A stretch of 64,000 bases of DNA, taken from positions 49,042,001 through 49,106,000 of the forward strand of contig NC_043001.1 of the NCBI RefSeq assembly GCF_006345805.1, written 5' to 3'. The position numbers were made by a program, and so were the translations under genes. Each line of letters begins with the position of its first letter. Positions within the stretch are counted from its first letter, which is position 1. The notes beneath the pieces are model-generated. The model did not search any database, was not told the origin of the DNA, and saw only the letters and a program-made list of their open reading frames with translations. This stretch comes from Octopus sinensis (lineage: Eukaryota). This document shows, in pieces, positions 52,018 through 64,000 of the stretch.

Positions 52018-52068
52018 ATGATGAAGAAGACAAAAGCTTCCTTTGTAGGAAGAACTGACGTAACTAAG
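52018..52068 (+). CDS. Candidate first coding exon of OGFr-like gene 2 (MMKKTKASFVGRTDVTK)
   Basis: ATG and AAG|gtaaca phase-0 donor, frame-compatible with 55699 and 62340. No homology support. Confidence 0.35.
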
Positions 52069-52688
52069 GTAACAACGCTGTGTTCAAACGATAAATGGAA
52101 AAGGAGTGTTAGAGAAAAGTTAAAATTCTATACTTCGTAGTTCGAAGTTAGAGGAATGGCAACGATTAACTTTCCAAAGCTAGTTTAAAGTCTAGATGTC
52201 ACATTTTTTCCCTAAGCCATTGGACTGATATTTTTCGCTTTCTAAGACTTCACGGCAGAACTAAAAATCAAAGGAGATGCTACCTTCGTTTTCAGCTGCT
52301 ATTGCTGTTGCTGCCAATGCTGACTGATTGGAAATATTATTTACAAATTTTCTTTGCTGCCTCTCAAAACTGCTGCTACCATTTTCGACTGTATAATTGA
52401 GATTTCAACACTACAGTAGGATTCCCATTTCCTAAAGGATTTCCAAGATAAAAGGAAAATCGTGTTTTTGGTTTTACCGCGAATTTATTCCATAGACATT
52501 CAGCACGCAGGCTTTTCTTTCGGACAATATGCAAGCAGCGATTCTTTAAAGTTCTGTCAACGGCATTTCTTAGTTGAACCTCTAAGAGTGATCTTCAATA
52601 CCACAGTGTGTCAGAAGCACATCACACGCATCCTCACACTGATAACATACACGACACACACACACATATACACAACCACAACCACACA

Positions 52689-52750
<62 letters not shown>

Positions 52751-54091
52751 GCTTTACAAGTTCTGATACATGACTTCTGAATTTTCGAAATGATCGCAGT
52801 TTTATTATTCTTGATATTTCTGCTAGTTGGATTAGTATACAAATATTTGTTTAATGTGAGTGTTAAGTTTCTGTTTGTAATATGAAAAATGCCCAGTCAC
52901 AAAAAATTTTAAAATGTTTAATATAACATATAGAAAAATGACAGGTGTAAAGATAATAGAGTGGCAGAAATGATAGAGTGCTGGAAGATAAACATCTTTT
53001 AGCATTCAGTTCCATTTCTGTACACTCATAGTTAATATTTCTCAGGTTTGTAAGACGGCGAGCTAACAGAATCGTTAGCACCCCGGGTCAAATGCTTAGC
53101 GGCATTTCATCCATCTTTACGTTCAGAGTTCAAATACAGCCGAGGTGGACTTTCATCCTTATGGAGTCGATAAAATAAGTACCAGTTGAGCATTGGAGTC
53201 GACTTACCCCCGTGCCCCCAACTTGTTGGCCTTCTGCCGAAATTTGAAACTAATGTTACTCTGGTTTCGACTTTGTCTATAATTTCTCTGAGATCGATAG
53301 GCTTTCTAAAAGTGATTTATTTCATCTTAAATCCCACCAAGATCAACTTTACCTTTCAGCATTCCTCATTCAATGAATAGATTTGCAGTCTAGGGCAATA
53401 TGTGGACCTGCAGAATTGTTCGGTGTTTATGTGTTTACGTCCCCGTAACTTAGTGGTTTCGCAGAGACAGATAGAATAAGTACTAGGCTTAGAAAACAAA
53501 AGGTACTGGGGTCAATTTGTTGGAATAAAATTCTTGAAGGCGGTGCCCCAGCATGGCCGCAGTCTAATGATTGAAACAAGGAAAAAAAGAAGCTATACTC
53601 AATAGTTCCGTCCATCTAGCACCTAGAAATAGGTTCATGAAGGGTTCAATCTATCTGATTTATTTGGCAGCGTATAGTCCACATATCAATACCGAGATAT
53701 GATATTATATCTGTGCATACGTATAATGGATAGATACAAAACGGTACATTTCTGCAGAAAAGTTATGCGGGTTGTTCTCATCTTGCCTTGTCATGGGGCC
53801 TTTAACATCTGGTGGAGTGGTTGGGATGTTGTCATGACACCAGGCTTGTCTTGGCTATTTCTAGATATAGTCACAGTCCATCTCATTTTAGGACTCAGAC
53901 CAGTCAATTTCTTTCACAAAGAGAGATAGAGAACAGACAAGAAACGATACCCACAATAAGACTGGTACCATATTTGGCGGCGTATAAGATGCGCTTGTTA
54001 TGTTATATGGAGAAATTTAATACCATGTGTCATTTATAAAATAGATCTTATAAATTAATGTATGGAATGTGTGTGTGTGTGTGTGGGGGGT

Positions 54092-54132
<41 letters not shown>

Positions 54133-54564
54133 AGTAATGTTTGATATTACGTCGAATTATAGGAAAAGTAATTTTACATAAAAAATTTGCCATGCGTCTA
54201 ATGCGTCGGTATTATGGACGGGATACCAAGTGAATGGTGAAACATATTAAATTTGTTTTTACCACAACATATACTTGTATCGTAGGGGTACGTCTTATGC
54301 GAGATTGCCTCAGCAAATACAGTACATCATTTATCGATCCTGAAAGGATGAAAAGCAAAGTTGCCCTCAGTGGTATTTGAACTCGGAGCGCAAGAACGAA
54401 TACTGCAAGGTGGTAATTCTCAACTGAGGTTCATATGACCACTAAGGGTCCATATAAGATTTTTTATTTTGGTGGTGGTGTTGGTGGGGGCACAGAAGCA
54501 AATTAGTAAGTTGGGGACATACAGTAGTATTTTAAAGGTCCACGAAAATTTTGTTTTAGATGTA

Positions 54565-55137
54565 TTGGGTTGTCCGGAAAGTTCGTGCCGACTTTTAAAG
54601 GAAAGAAAAAGGTCAATAAATATTTGCCATTACCCAAGCTTTACCAGGTGCTCACGAACGACGGATTTTGATAGGTTGAGGCTTTCTGCCAATTCTCAGG
54701 TTGTGCAACGTGGGTTATTCTCAGTTAATGACTTGATTTGGTTATCATCTGTAGTGGATAGTCTGCTTGATCGCTCTTTATCAATAAGGCTACAATCTCC
54801 AGCTCGGAACCTTGCGAACCACTTCCGTACAGTTCTTTCGGATAAAGAAACATCACTGTAAACTGCGCATATTCCTTTGGTTGCTTGTGAGGCATTTTTC
54901 CCTTTACGGAAAAAGAAAAGCATCAAGTGCCGAAAATGAACTTTCTTATCTTCCATTTTAAAGGGTTTCAGAATTAACACAGATTATAGGAACATAAACC
55001 TTCTTCCACGAAAGATAGCTTAAACTGTGCTCTAAATGGAGGTGTAGTCAAATCCTATTTTGTAGACTCAAACATGTTCTAAAATAAGTCGAAAGGTAAG
55101 CTACTATAAATCGGCACGAACTTTCCGGACAACCCAA
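54565..55137 (-). mobile_element. Internally deleted mariner (mellifera-like) nested in a hAT MITE
   Basis: TIR ttgggttgtccggaaagttcgtgccga at both ends with TA TSDs. MEDKKVHFRHLMLFFFRKGKNASQA..WFARFRAGD from 54956. Confidence 0.95.
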
Positions 55138-55698
55138 TATTAATTGGAAGAAACAGCTGGGTTTCTTTCTCTAATGTTTTACATAGTTCAACCTTCACTA
55201 GTTACTGTTTGAAAAACAAGATAGGAATTTTAAAAGAAGTATCTATAAAACTAGTTTTTAAATATCGAGAAGCTATGGGGGTCCACCAGAGTAAAGTAGA
55301 ATTCAAAGGGGCCCAATGATAAAAAAATGGTAAAGAGTCACTGCTCTAAAGCAATGTAACCGACGCACTAGAGCTTCAGTCAATTCGCCGTCCTATTATT
55401 ACACTTCACTGGAAAGTTAACTATATACTCACAATTCATTCATAGCTCAAATATGTCATTATATTTCATTAATAAGTCAACCATGCTATCACAAATGGCA
55501 TCATACTCGATTTATAAATCAATGCTATCATCACACTATATTGGTAAATCAGCTATACTTTCATAGTCCGGGTATGGGCTATATTACAGATAGGCCAACG
55601 ACACTGTCAAACTTCACTGTTAGTTCCGAGATAGCATCACATATATTTCACTGATTCCAAAGCTTTGTTTTTTCATTTGTCTTTATTTTATATTACAG

Positions 55699-55758
55699 GA
55701 TGATATACAAAAAGATATTTTCTCTTGCTGTAAAGGTTGTCGACACGTACATGCCTTG
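55699..55758 (+). CDS. Candidate 60-nt exon of OGFr-like gene 2 (phase 0: DDIQKDIFSCCKGCRHVHAL)
   Basis: Long polypyrimidine tract, attacag| acceptor and TTG|gtaaga donor. Confidence 0.5.
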
Positions 55759-55996
55759 GTAAGACAACTTTCAGTTATAGTCACGTTAACGTATTTGATG
55801 CAAAGGAGGACAGATACAACAGCGATTTTCCAGACACTAATGGTTCTTATATTCCGCACTAATTTACGATCAGGAACTTCAAATTTCTGTGGAAGCCAGA
55901 CTTATTTACTGGTATCTTTCACAGACGTGTTAGTATCTTCTAATAAAATTTGTAGCATTTATACTAGTGTACAAGTGCCTGAATTTTATTTAATTA

Positions 55997-56890
55997 TTGA
56001 GGCGAGTCAAAGGTTTTGCAATATTTGCATACGTTCTAATTTGCGGCGTGTATATCATGTGACCGAAGTAGTTAAAGCCGTGAAAAGTAGCCGCTAAGGT
56101 TGGTAGTATCGTGGTAGTTGGTGCGCTGACACGTGCATTGTTTCACTCTGTATGTGATTTGAAAGACGCCCTGATGAACATGCAACGTAGTCAAATTCGG
56201 AAACTTATGCTTTACGAGTTCAGACTGGGTCATAACGCCGCAGAAGTAACCAAAAGCATTTGTTCAACGAAAGGTGAAGGCGTAGTTGATCACAGTACAA
56301 TAACCATATAATTCAAGAAATTTCGACCGGGTTGCAAAAGCCTCGATGATCAGGCAATATAAGATAGGCCTAAAATCGTAGATTTCGAAGCCGTGCTCCA
56401 AGCCAAAGTGGCAAATCCGATGAGTAGCTCTCGGAGAGTATTAGGTGAGCTTGGCATCTCACAGATGTATGCCATCGTGTGGCAAAAATGCCCAGCATTG
56501 TTTAACAAAAGTTGAACTCTTCTACAGCAAGACAACGTAAGACCTCATACCGCCCGAATGATTCGCAACAAACCCCAGGAACTTGATGGAATCGAACTGA
56601 TGCCACACTCAGCACATAGTCCGGATCTAGTTCCCTTGGATTATTACTCGTTCCAGTCCATGGTCCACTTCTTACACTCGTGACGCTTTATCAACCACGA
56701 GGAAGTGGAAGCTTCTGTGAAAGAGGTCTTCGCCTTTAAGACAGGAACTAGTATCAACATGGGGGCCAAAGAATTGGCGGAAAAATGGCTTCAGACAGTG
56801 CAACACTGAATGCGAGGCTGATTTTGTTGTGAATTGGCGAATAAAGCAAATAAGATACTAAAATATCGCAAAACTTTTGACTCAACACAG
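55997..56890 (+). mobile_element. Internally deleted mariner with decayed transposase
   Basis: Imperfect TIRs gagtcaaa(g/a)gttttgc(a/g)atatt with TA flanks. MLYEFRLGHNAAE, LLQQDNVRPH, HSPDLVPLDY. Confidence 0.9.
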
Positions 56891-57481
56891 TATTTCAGTA
56901 AACTTAGTATTTGCTTAATTTAGAGTGTAACCAGCCTTGGTTCGAAAAGATTAGTAATCTGGAATGCCTTTGGAACCAAAGGTTCCGGGAAATCGATGCT
57001 GTACTTGTACTAGAAATAATTATGCGGTGAGGAAAATACAATATTAGGCAACGCATACACATACATACATACATACATACATACATACATACATACATAC
57101 ATACATACATACACACATACAAACGCACACACACACACGGATATATGTATACGTAAATACATACATATATACATAATGCAGTCAGTTGCGATATTTGTTC
57201 TTGCTCTCCGCACTTCGACTTCAAATCCCACCTCAGTCAACTTGACTTTTCATTCTTTCAGCGTCGATAAAAAGTCCCTGTACCGGAGCTTGGGAAGCTG
57301 CTCATCTTCCAGCTGAATGTTCCACTGGGCCAAACGCATCTGTGTCGTTGTGTGCTTGCAAGTCACGAGTCCCTAAAATAGTTAGCACTAGCATGGCACA
57401 TGCTACCAAGTCAAGTCATTCTATTCCTTTCTTATTCATATACATACATACATACATACAGAGAGAGAGAGAGAGAGAGAA

Positions 57482-57550
<69 letters not shown>

Positions 57551-57733
57551 CGCAGGCATAAAATATTTAGCGGTATTTCGCCTGTCTTTATGTTTTGAGT
57601 TAAAATTCTGCCGAGGTCGACTTTAACTTTCATTCTTTCGGAGTCGATGAAATAAGTACCAGTTGAGTACTGGGTTGATGCAATCGACTAGTCTATCCCC
57701 AAGAATTTCAGGCTTTTGCCTATAGTCGAAAGG

Positions 57734-57782
<49 letters not shown>

Positions 57783-57850
57783 GTAGTAGTAGTAGTATTT
57801 TACATGCTGAGTCTGGAGGAGGTGGCAGTGTCCATGACCTTTCCAGGCCC

Positions 57851-58736
57851 GGATCTTTTCAATTCTGAAGCCAGGACCACAGATCTTTCTACTTAACTAA
57901 ATATTCTGAAACTTCGTATGCTGATAGAGTCTAGCAAAACAAGACACAGGTTGGAACTAGTTTATTTGAGAAAAATCTATTTTATGACTTTAATCGTAGA
58001 TTAAAACTGCGAATTTTAACCAATCAGATTGTTTGTTTTCATGTGTAAAACTTGACTGCATTCTATTAGTGTGACGTAGAAAGCGCTTTTGTGACGTACT
58101 AACGTTCGTTGAAAACTGTAAACAAACAGAACGTAACGGCAGACGAAATACGGCTACGCATTTCGCCCGGCGTGCTAACGTTTCTGCCAGCTCTTTGCTT
58201 TTTAATATTAAATTTCTTGCCTTTTGCACAAATAAATACAATAAGTGAAATGAAACGCATTAGCTTAGAAACGAAATCTTGTTAGAAGCCTCGTCACTGA
58301 GATGCCACTTCTTAATAGCAAACGAAAGCAAGTACTAACAGAATGGAAACATTTTCAATTTAATACATGTGGCTTATTAACTAGTTTTAAATATTGTTAT
58401 TAGAAGGTGGCTGACTATAGGATCCTGGAAACATGAGTACGTTAAATAATTAGAAGGAGATTTCACGGAGACATGCGGCTTGTTTACATTTAAGATGTTT
58501 AATACGTCACCAATTGGTGGTCGAGACGGAGTAAATAAAATAAAGCTGAATGACGGAATATCATTGGTTAAAATTCTAATTATTAAACAACGTTAAACTT
58601 AGAAGTTACAATTCCGTTTTCATTCTGGTTTACAATTAAGTTTACTTTTGACACATTCTACCAGTATACGAAGTTTCAAATTGTTTGGTTCAGTAGGAAA
58701 AATTTGAAAAAACTGGCTTCAGAATTGAAAAGATCC
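57851..58736. mobile_element. Non-autonomous DNA transposon with 24-bp TIR and 8-bp TSD; related 3' part at about 23530-23715
   Basis: ggatcttttcaattctgaagccag / ctggcttcagaattgaaaagatcc, flanked on both sides by ccaggccc. Confidence 0.9.
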
Positions 58737-60338
58737 CCAGGCCCTCCTTGATTGGTGTCATTAATGTTTTTCCTTGAATCTTTGTAAATCAACATATAAA
58801 AGTAGGGGTGGGCTAATTCTAGAGGAAAGGAAAAACTGAGCGTAGTGATTAGTGAGAGGCCTGGGAGGTATTGGATATCTCAAAGGTAATAAGAATAAGA
58901 CAAAGGATTGTGTATATGTGTGGTTGTGTGTCTATATTTGTGTACATAAAGATAAATAGAGTATCGAGTTTTGACACTTTTTGTCAAATGGCTAACTAGC
59001 CGCTCAGTAAAGAGAGATTGATAAAATACATACAAGACTGAAATGAATATTTGGTTACATTCAAGATAGTTCCCACCATGGCCACAGCTCAATGTCTTTG
59101 TTGTTAAAAAGTCTTTGCATTATTTCTCAAATCATTAAAACAAAGAGTTGGGGATTCTTGTATGTGAAAACAGGAAAAAAAATCTGAAATAGTAAAAAGA
59201 ATAGATTCTCGTGCATATGGTAATTTATTATCGGTTGGCAGATATCAGTACGCATCAGCAAATAATTTATTTGCTATAATTATGAGCAAGAGCCACAAAC
59301 TCTTATTAGATTTATAAATCCGTGATAGTTTTGACTGAACAGGCAAAACTATGCCGAAACACCGAGTGTCCCACAACCTCCTTACGCTAATGAATCGAGT
59401 GTGTTACGAACACAGATTCGTCTGAATATGTGTGCAATAACGATTAGCAAATTCACGTTTGAACAACTGGAACGAATTAAGAACGAATATGCGAGTATCG
59501 TCTTCAAAAAATAGACTTAGCACAATTCTGGTACAATTAGCAGAATATTTCTATCAGAACACGTAACGTGAACGTTTGCCTTCTGATATCTACTCCAGTG
59601 ACTGAACCTATTAAAAGAATGAAAGGACCTCTCCCCACCTCCTTCTCTCTCTCTCCCTCTCTCGCTATCCGTAACAACTTTGCCTTGAACAGCAAAAAAT
59701 ATTTTTCAAATATTATGAATAAACTTCATCAACGGTGTTTTGCTCTTTCGTAAGATTGTAAGCCAAAGACACTGGTACAGCCCTGATCTCAAATATATTA
59801 GAATATTATTGGCCGGCCTGCTCTAGTGTACTGGTTCTCACACTAATAAATACCAGAACAACACACACAATAAGAAAATATTCCCGAGAATTTTTCGCCT
59901 CCCGCTTATTAATGAGAAGACAAAATAGAGTTTGCTTCCATATAATTCTTATTTCTTCAAAATTTAGAAGTTTGACATCATCTTAATCTATAATTTTATT
60001 TAACATAGCAGTTTGTTGGTACCCTTTTTCACCATCCACAACCTTCTTTCCTATTAGAAACGTAAGACTAGTAAATATTTTTCTTGATTTTTCTCTTGTA
60101 TATTTTCATCCAGTTCAACTCTGAAAATTTCACTTCTTTCTTGGTAGCTCTCTACTACCGTTTGCGACGACCTGTTACTGTCTCGTCTCATTCAGTTACA
60201 ATCGGGCCGCGAAAATTTTTTCCCAGGAGAGTTCCGGACCCCAGTTATGAACTCATTTGCATACAGCCAATCAGAGCTCAACCATCAAACTAATGTCCAC
60301 CTAATACAGTTCCTTATTTAAGAGATGATGAATTATGT

Positions 60339-60534
60339 ACATTATTTACATTTGACGGATATTTGTCCTCATCTTGTTTGTTGTTAATACAACATCGAAA
60401 AATACCTTAGGAATGGGAATCCAGATTCGAAATTTCCCCAGTACACCTAATGAAGGCTGGAGGGTATATCAGCTGGAACGTTGTGTTAACAACAAACAAG
60501 ATGAGGACAAATATCCGTCAAATGTAAATAATGT
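60339..60534. repeat. Short inverted PLE-terminus-like repeat with a decayed HHR (60443-60486 +)
   Basis: 55-bp arms at 60339-60393 and 60480-60534. ACAC-CUAAUGA-AGGCUG..CAGCU-GGAA-CG-UU-GUGU. Confidence 0.75.
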
Positions 60535-61209
60535 AAATAATGTAGTGTCCACCTAGTTACGAAAATACTCAGGTTGAAAATGGGGAAAATGTGCGTTATA
60601 GCAAAATCTAACTGTTCTAAACGGGTTAATAAGGGTGACAAATGTGAAATTTAGTGTATAAAGTGAATGGAGAGTTGCTCACCGATGATGCCATAAGTGT
60701 TGCCAATTTGCGTAATTTATTAGAAAATGTATATCTCCTTCTCTCTCTTTTACTTGTTTCAGTCATTTGACTGCGGCCATGCTGGAGCACCGCCTTTAAT
60801 CGAGCAATTCGACCCCGGGACTTATTCTTTGTAAGACCAGTACTTATTCTATCGGTCTCTTTTGCCGAACCGCTAAGTGACGGGGACGTAAACACACCAA
60901 CATCGGTTGTCAAGCAATGCAAGGGGGACAAACATAGACACACAAACACACACACATACACACACACATATATATATATATATACGACAGGCTTATTTCA
61001 GTTTCCGTCTACCAAATCCACTCACAAGGCATTGGTCGGCCCGGGGCTATAGCAGAAGACACTTGCCCAAGATGCCACGCAGTGGGACTGAACCCGGAAC
61101 CATGTGGTTGGTTAGCAAGCTACTTACCACACAGCCACTCCTGCGCCTATGAGGATAGTTTCCTAATTTTTTGACTGATTTTATACATTCCTAATTTAAA
61201 ATGTTGATG

Positions 61210-61790
61210 TTGGTCTGGAAGCATCGTAATCAATATGGCGTTGTGTGGTATTGCGCTCTCCTTGCATATATTAATGGGTACATGCAGTATTGCTAATCTC
61301 AGTCTGAGCATAGGCACCTAATGTTAGCTCCATATAGAGATGGTGCTCAATTGATCTACGAGGATTGTGTAGAGGGGAATGTGGTGTTTATGTGAGACTT
61401 GCTATGCTGTACTCACAGAGTAGTGTACACCATTCTATTCCTGACTGGCTGTACTGTAGCAGTATGTGGATTTTCAAGGTAAGCTCTGATTAACTGTATG
61501 CAAATGAGTTCATTACTGCCGTCCAGAACTCTCGTGGCAAAAAAGATTTCGCTATCGGGCCACCCATTTCAGCATTTGATGACATCCTTATAACGGAGTT
61601 TCGCATTCTTTCTTCGATAGCTTCCAAATTCTAGCTGGTTGTATAGTCGTGGAGGTTTTATTGTCTCCCGTAGGTATCACATGTTCCACCCAGTACAACT
61701 GTAATTTCAGTGGGGGAGACTCAACATTCGGCATTGTTTACTTGTTGCAAGACCTCCTGGTTAGAGGTGTAACGTCAAAGGATATTCCTT
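61210..61790 (-). pseudogene. RTE-type LINE C-terminal fragment
   Basis: SNQEVLQ, MPNVES..LKLQLYWVEHVI, KLRYKDVIK. Confidence 0.75.
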
Positions 61791-62339
61791 AACATAAGGG
61801 GCAAAAAAATAATATCGAAGATTAGGCAAAACAAAGGTTTTCTTTCCGTCAGAAAGGAGACCCCCGACGTTCTTGGCTCTCAGACTACATACCTGTATAC
61901 TGTTATCAGGGTAGAGATGACTTTCCTCAAGTCGAGCCCCGTGAGTCAGAGTGGCTGTTCCAGCGCGTCTCCCTCACCATCTTCCGGGACTAAAGCCTTT
62001 TCCATTTTGCCCACTGGGACCATGAGGCGGATTGACAAGTCTTATGTCTCTTAAACATAATGTCTATCAATACAACATTCTATTCTGCAAAAAGATGGAT
62101 CCTGCATTGACCAAATCCTGGAATGAGAGCCTTTTTAATAGGCTGCTTGCCTGCTGAAGGAACCTGTCACTCATCTCTTCAAATAAAAGTTTACTGTCTG
62201 GCAAATATCCATTGCCACATACGTTAACATTCTCTCAAATTGTACTTCTTATTTAAAATCCAAAAAATATTGTTATCAAGCCAGTTATGCTTTATTTATT
62301 TGTGTCACATTTTTCTATCTCTTTCTCTCTGTCTCACAG

Positions 62340-62457
62340 CCTCTGATAATGCATTGCGGGACAAATCTAGAGGACAATAAATTATTATACGCTCTCAACA
62401 AAGTATCACATCCGAATCTGGATTTTTACCAAAATAGAATCAAGTCTGAACCCAACG
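62340..62457 (+). CDS. OGFr-like gene 2, exon equivalent to exon 1 of gene 1 (gene continues beyond the window)
   Basis: Strong acceptor ctctgtctcacag|. Encodes PLIMHCGTNLEDNKLLYALNKVSHPNLDFYQNRIKSEPN-G|gtaaac, with the same phase-1 intron after PN as at 4880. Confidence 0.8.
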
Positions 62458-62862
62458 GTAAACACAGAGTCAGAGGAAACTGGTGGTGGTTTGCACTAAC
62501 AAAAATTATACGGAGTTACTAACCACACTGAATTATTTCTCGTAGCTGATTTTTATTTCTATTATACGAATTACACAAGACCATAAAAAAAAACTGTCTT
62601 TTCCTTTATGGTAGGTCAGTTTCGAAAAATTCTTGATTCCTGGAATTATATCACTTCCTTTTTCGGAGTTAGTTGCAACTATCACAAGGCATTCGTTTTA
62701 TGTTCTGAAGCGAAGATAATTTCAACAAATAAATAACGTATCTTGTAGGGTTCTCAGTCTTTTATCCGTCTTTGTTGTCTAAAGCCATGGCCAAACTGAG
62801 TTATCCAATAATTTCTCTTAGTTCACACACACACACACACACAACACACACACACACACACA

Positions 62863-62893
<31 letters not shown>

Positions 62894-62920
62894 CATCTAT
62901 ATATATATATATATATATAT

Positions 62921-63926
62921 AAGTTCAGCAAAAATTTAGATTCAAATGAATATGGTACTTAATTTAGATGCACCAGAATTCTGTATGGTGTTATCCATAA
63001 AAATCTGTGGGGTGATTATAATCAAAATAAGCAACAAGAATGACTCCGGTAATTTTGTACGGTCGTTTCGTACTACATCATTTTATTAAATGTTGTAAGT
63101 ATTACAACAGTTTTAAAATGCTGAGCACTCATCAGCCAATTATAGAGGTTTTCCATTAATACAAAAATTTTCAAATCAAGTGGCAACATTATAGAGAAGG
63201 TAGATATATAGACAAAGATGTGGATTTAAATTTTGAGAACATTTGAGGTAGTGGAGCCCATCAACTGACTGACTAAGATTCAGTTGTTCCAGACTACTGT
63301 AAGGTTCTGAGAGTGAAGAACAAATGAAAGGAGACAATAAAGATTTTTTAATTATAGAAATGGGGTAAAGGAGATGTCAGAGCTCCATATAAGGAATTTA
63401 TGTAGAAAACAACATTGTCACAACTAAATGCCAATTACTACTATTTGATGAACAGATTCAGCGTTAGGAGAACTAGGTCAATGTCAAGAGGTCTCAATAA
63501 CATTCACAGAGAATGCAGAGACCTTACAAATCCTATGCACATCATCACAACAGTTGTGATGATGTGCATAGGGTTTATCCCATTTCTATAATTAGAAAAT
63601 CTTTATTGTCTCCTTTCATTTGTTCTTCACTCTCAGAACCTTACAGTAGTCTGGAACAACTGAATCTTAGTCAGTCAGTTGATGGGCTCCACTACCTCAA
63701 ATGTTCTCAAAATTTAAATCCACATCTTTGTCTATATATCTACCTTCTCTATAATGTTGCCACTTGATATGAAAATTTTTGTATTAATGGAAAACCTCTA
63801 TAATTGGCTGATGAGTGCTCAACATTTTAAAACTGTTGTAATACTTACAACATTTAATAAAATGATGAAGTACGAAACGATCGTACCAAATTACCGGAGT
63901 CATTCTTGTTGCTTATTTTGATTATA
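62921..63926. mobile_element. HHR-bearing fold-back element (family HH-C) between (TA)n tracts
   Basis: Arms at about 63017-63369 and 63574-63926; perfect central hairpin at 63532-63572. Confidence 0.9.
63804..63889 (+). ncRNA. Type I hammerhead ribozyme (mutated mirror copy at 63054-63139, -)
   Basis: UUGG-CUGAUGA-GUGC..GUAC-GAAA-CGAUCG-UA-CCAA. Palindromic stem III and long stem II extension. Confidence 0.9.
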
Positions 63927-64000
63927 TATATATATATATATATATATTATAAATATGCCCTTAATTATTTTGCTTCAAATAACTCAATAAACAAACTTTC

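Overview
AT-rich, repeat-dense animal genomic DNA. The SINE families and microsatellite load look like octopus (coleoid cephalopod); this is my recognition, not a database match. Almost all ORF-track entries are microsatellite or transposon artefacts. Real host coding sequence is split into small exons that the track mostly misses. (1) A complete five-exon, 248-aa OGFr-domain (opioid growth factor receptor-like) gene lies on + at 4670-18809. (2) The first exon(s) of a second, tandem OGFr-like paralog lie on + at about 52018-62457 and run off the window. (3) There are candidate minus-strand exons, including a possible 36-aa membrane micropeptide near an RFX X-box. The rest is SINEs, LINE fragments (L1/Tx1, RTE with C2H2 fingers, CR1-group, R4/Dong-like), Penelope-like element (PLE) remnants, mariners, hAT-type MITEs and Helentron-like elements. 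The main discovery signal is about eight unrelated hammerhead-ribozyme (HHR) bearing repeat families, mostly in (TA)n tracts as tandem and fold-back arrays. Two of them (5943-6018 with its mirror copy, and 40976-41046) only fold as a non-circularly permuted, pseudoknotted hammerhead, with covarying stems and a shared extra helix. All folds were read by eye and none has been tested for cleavage.
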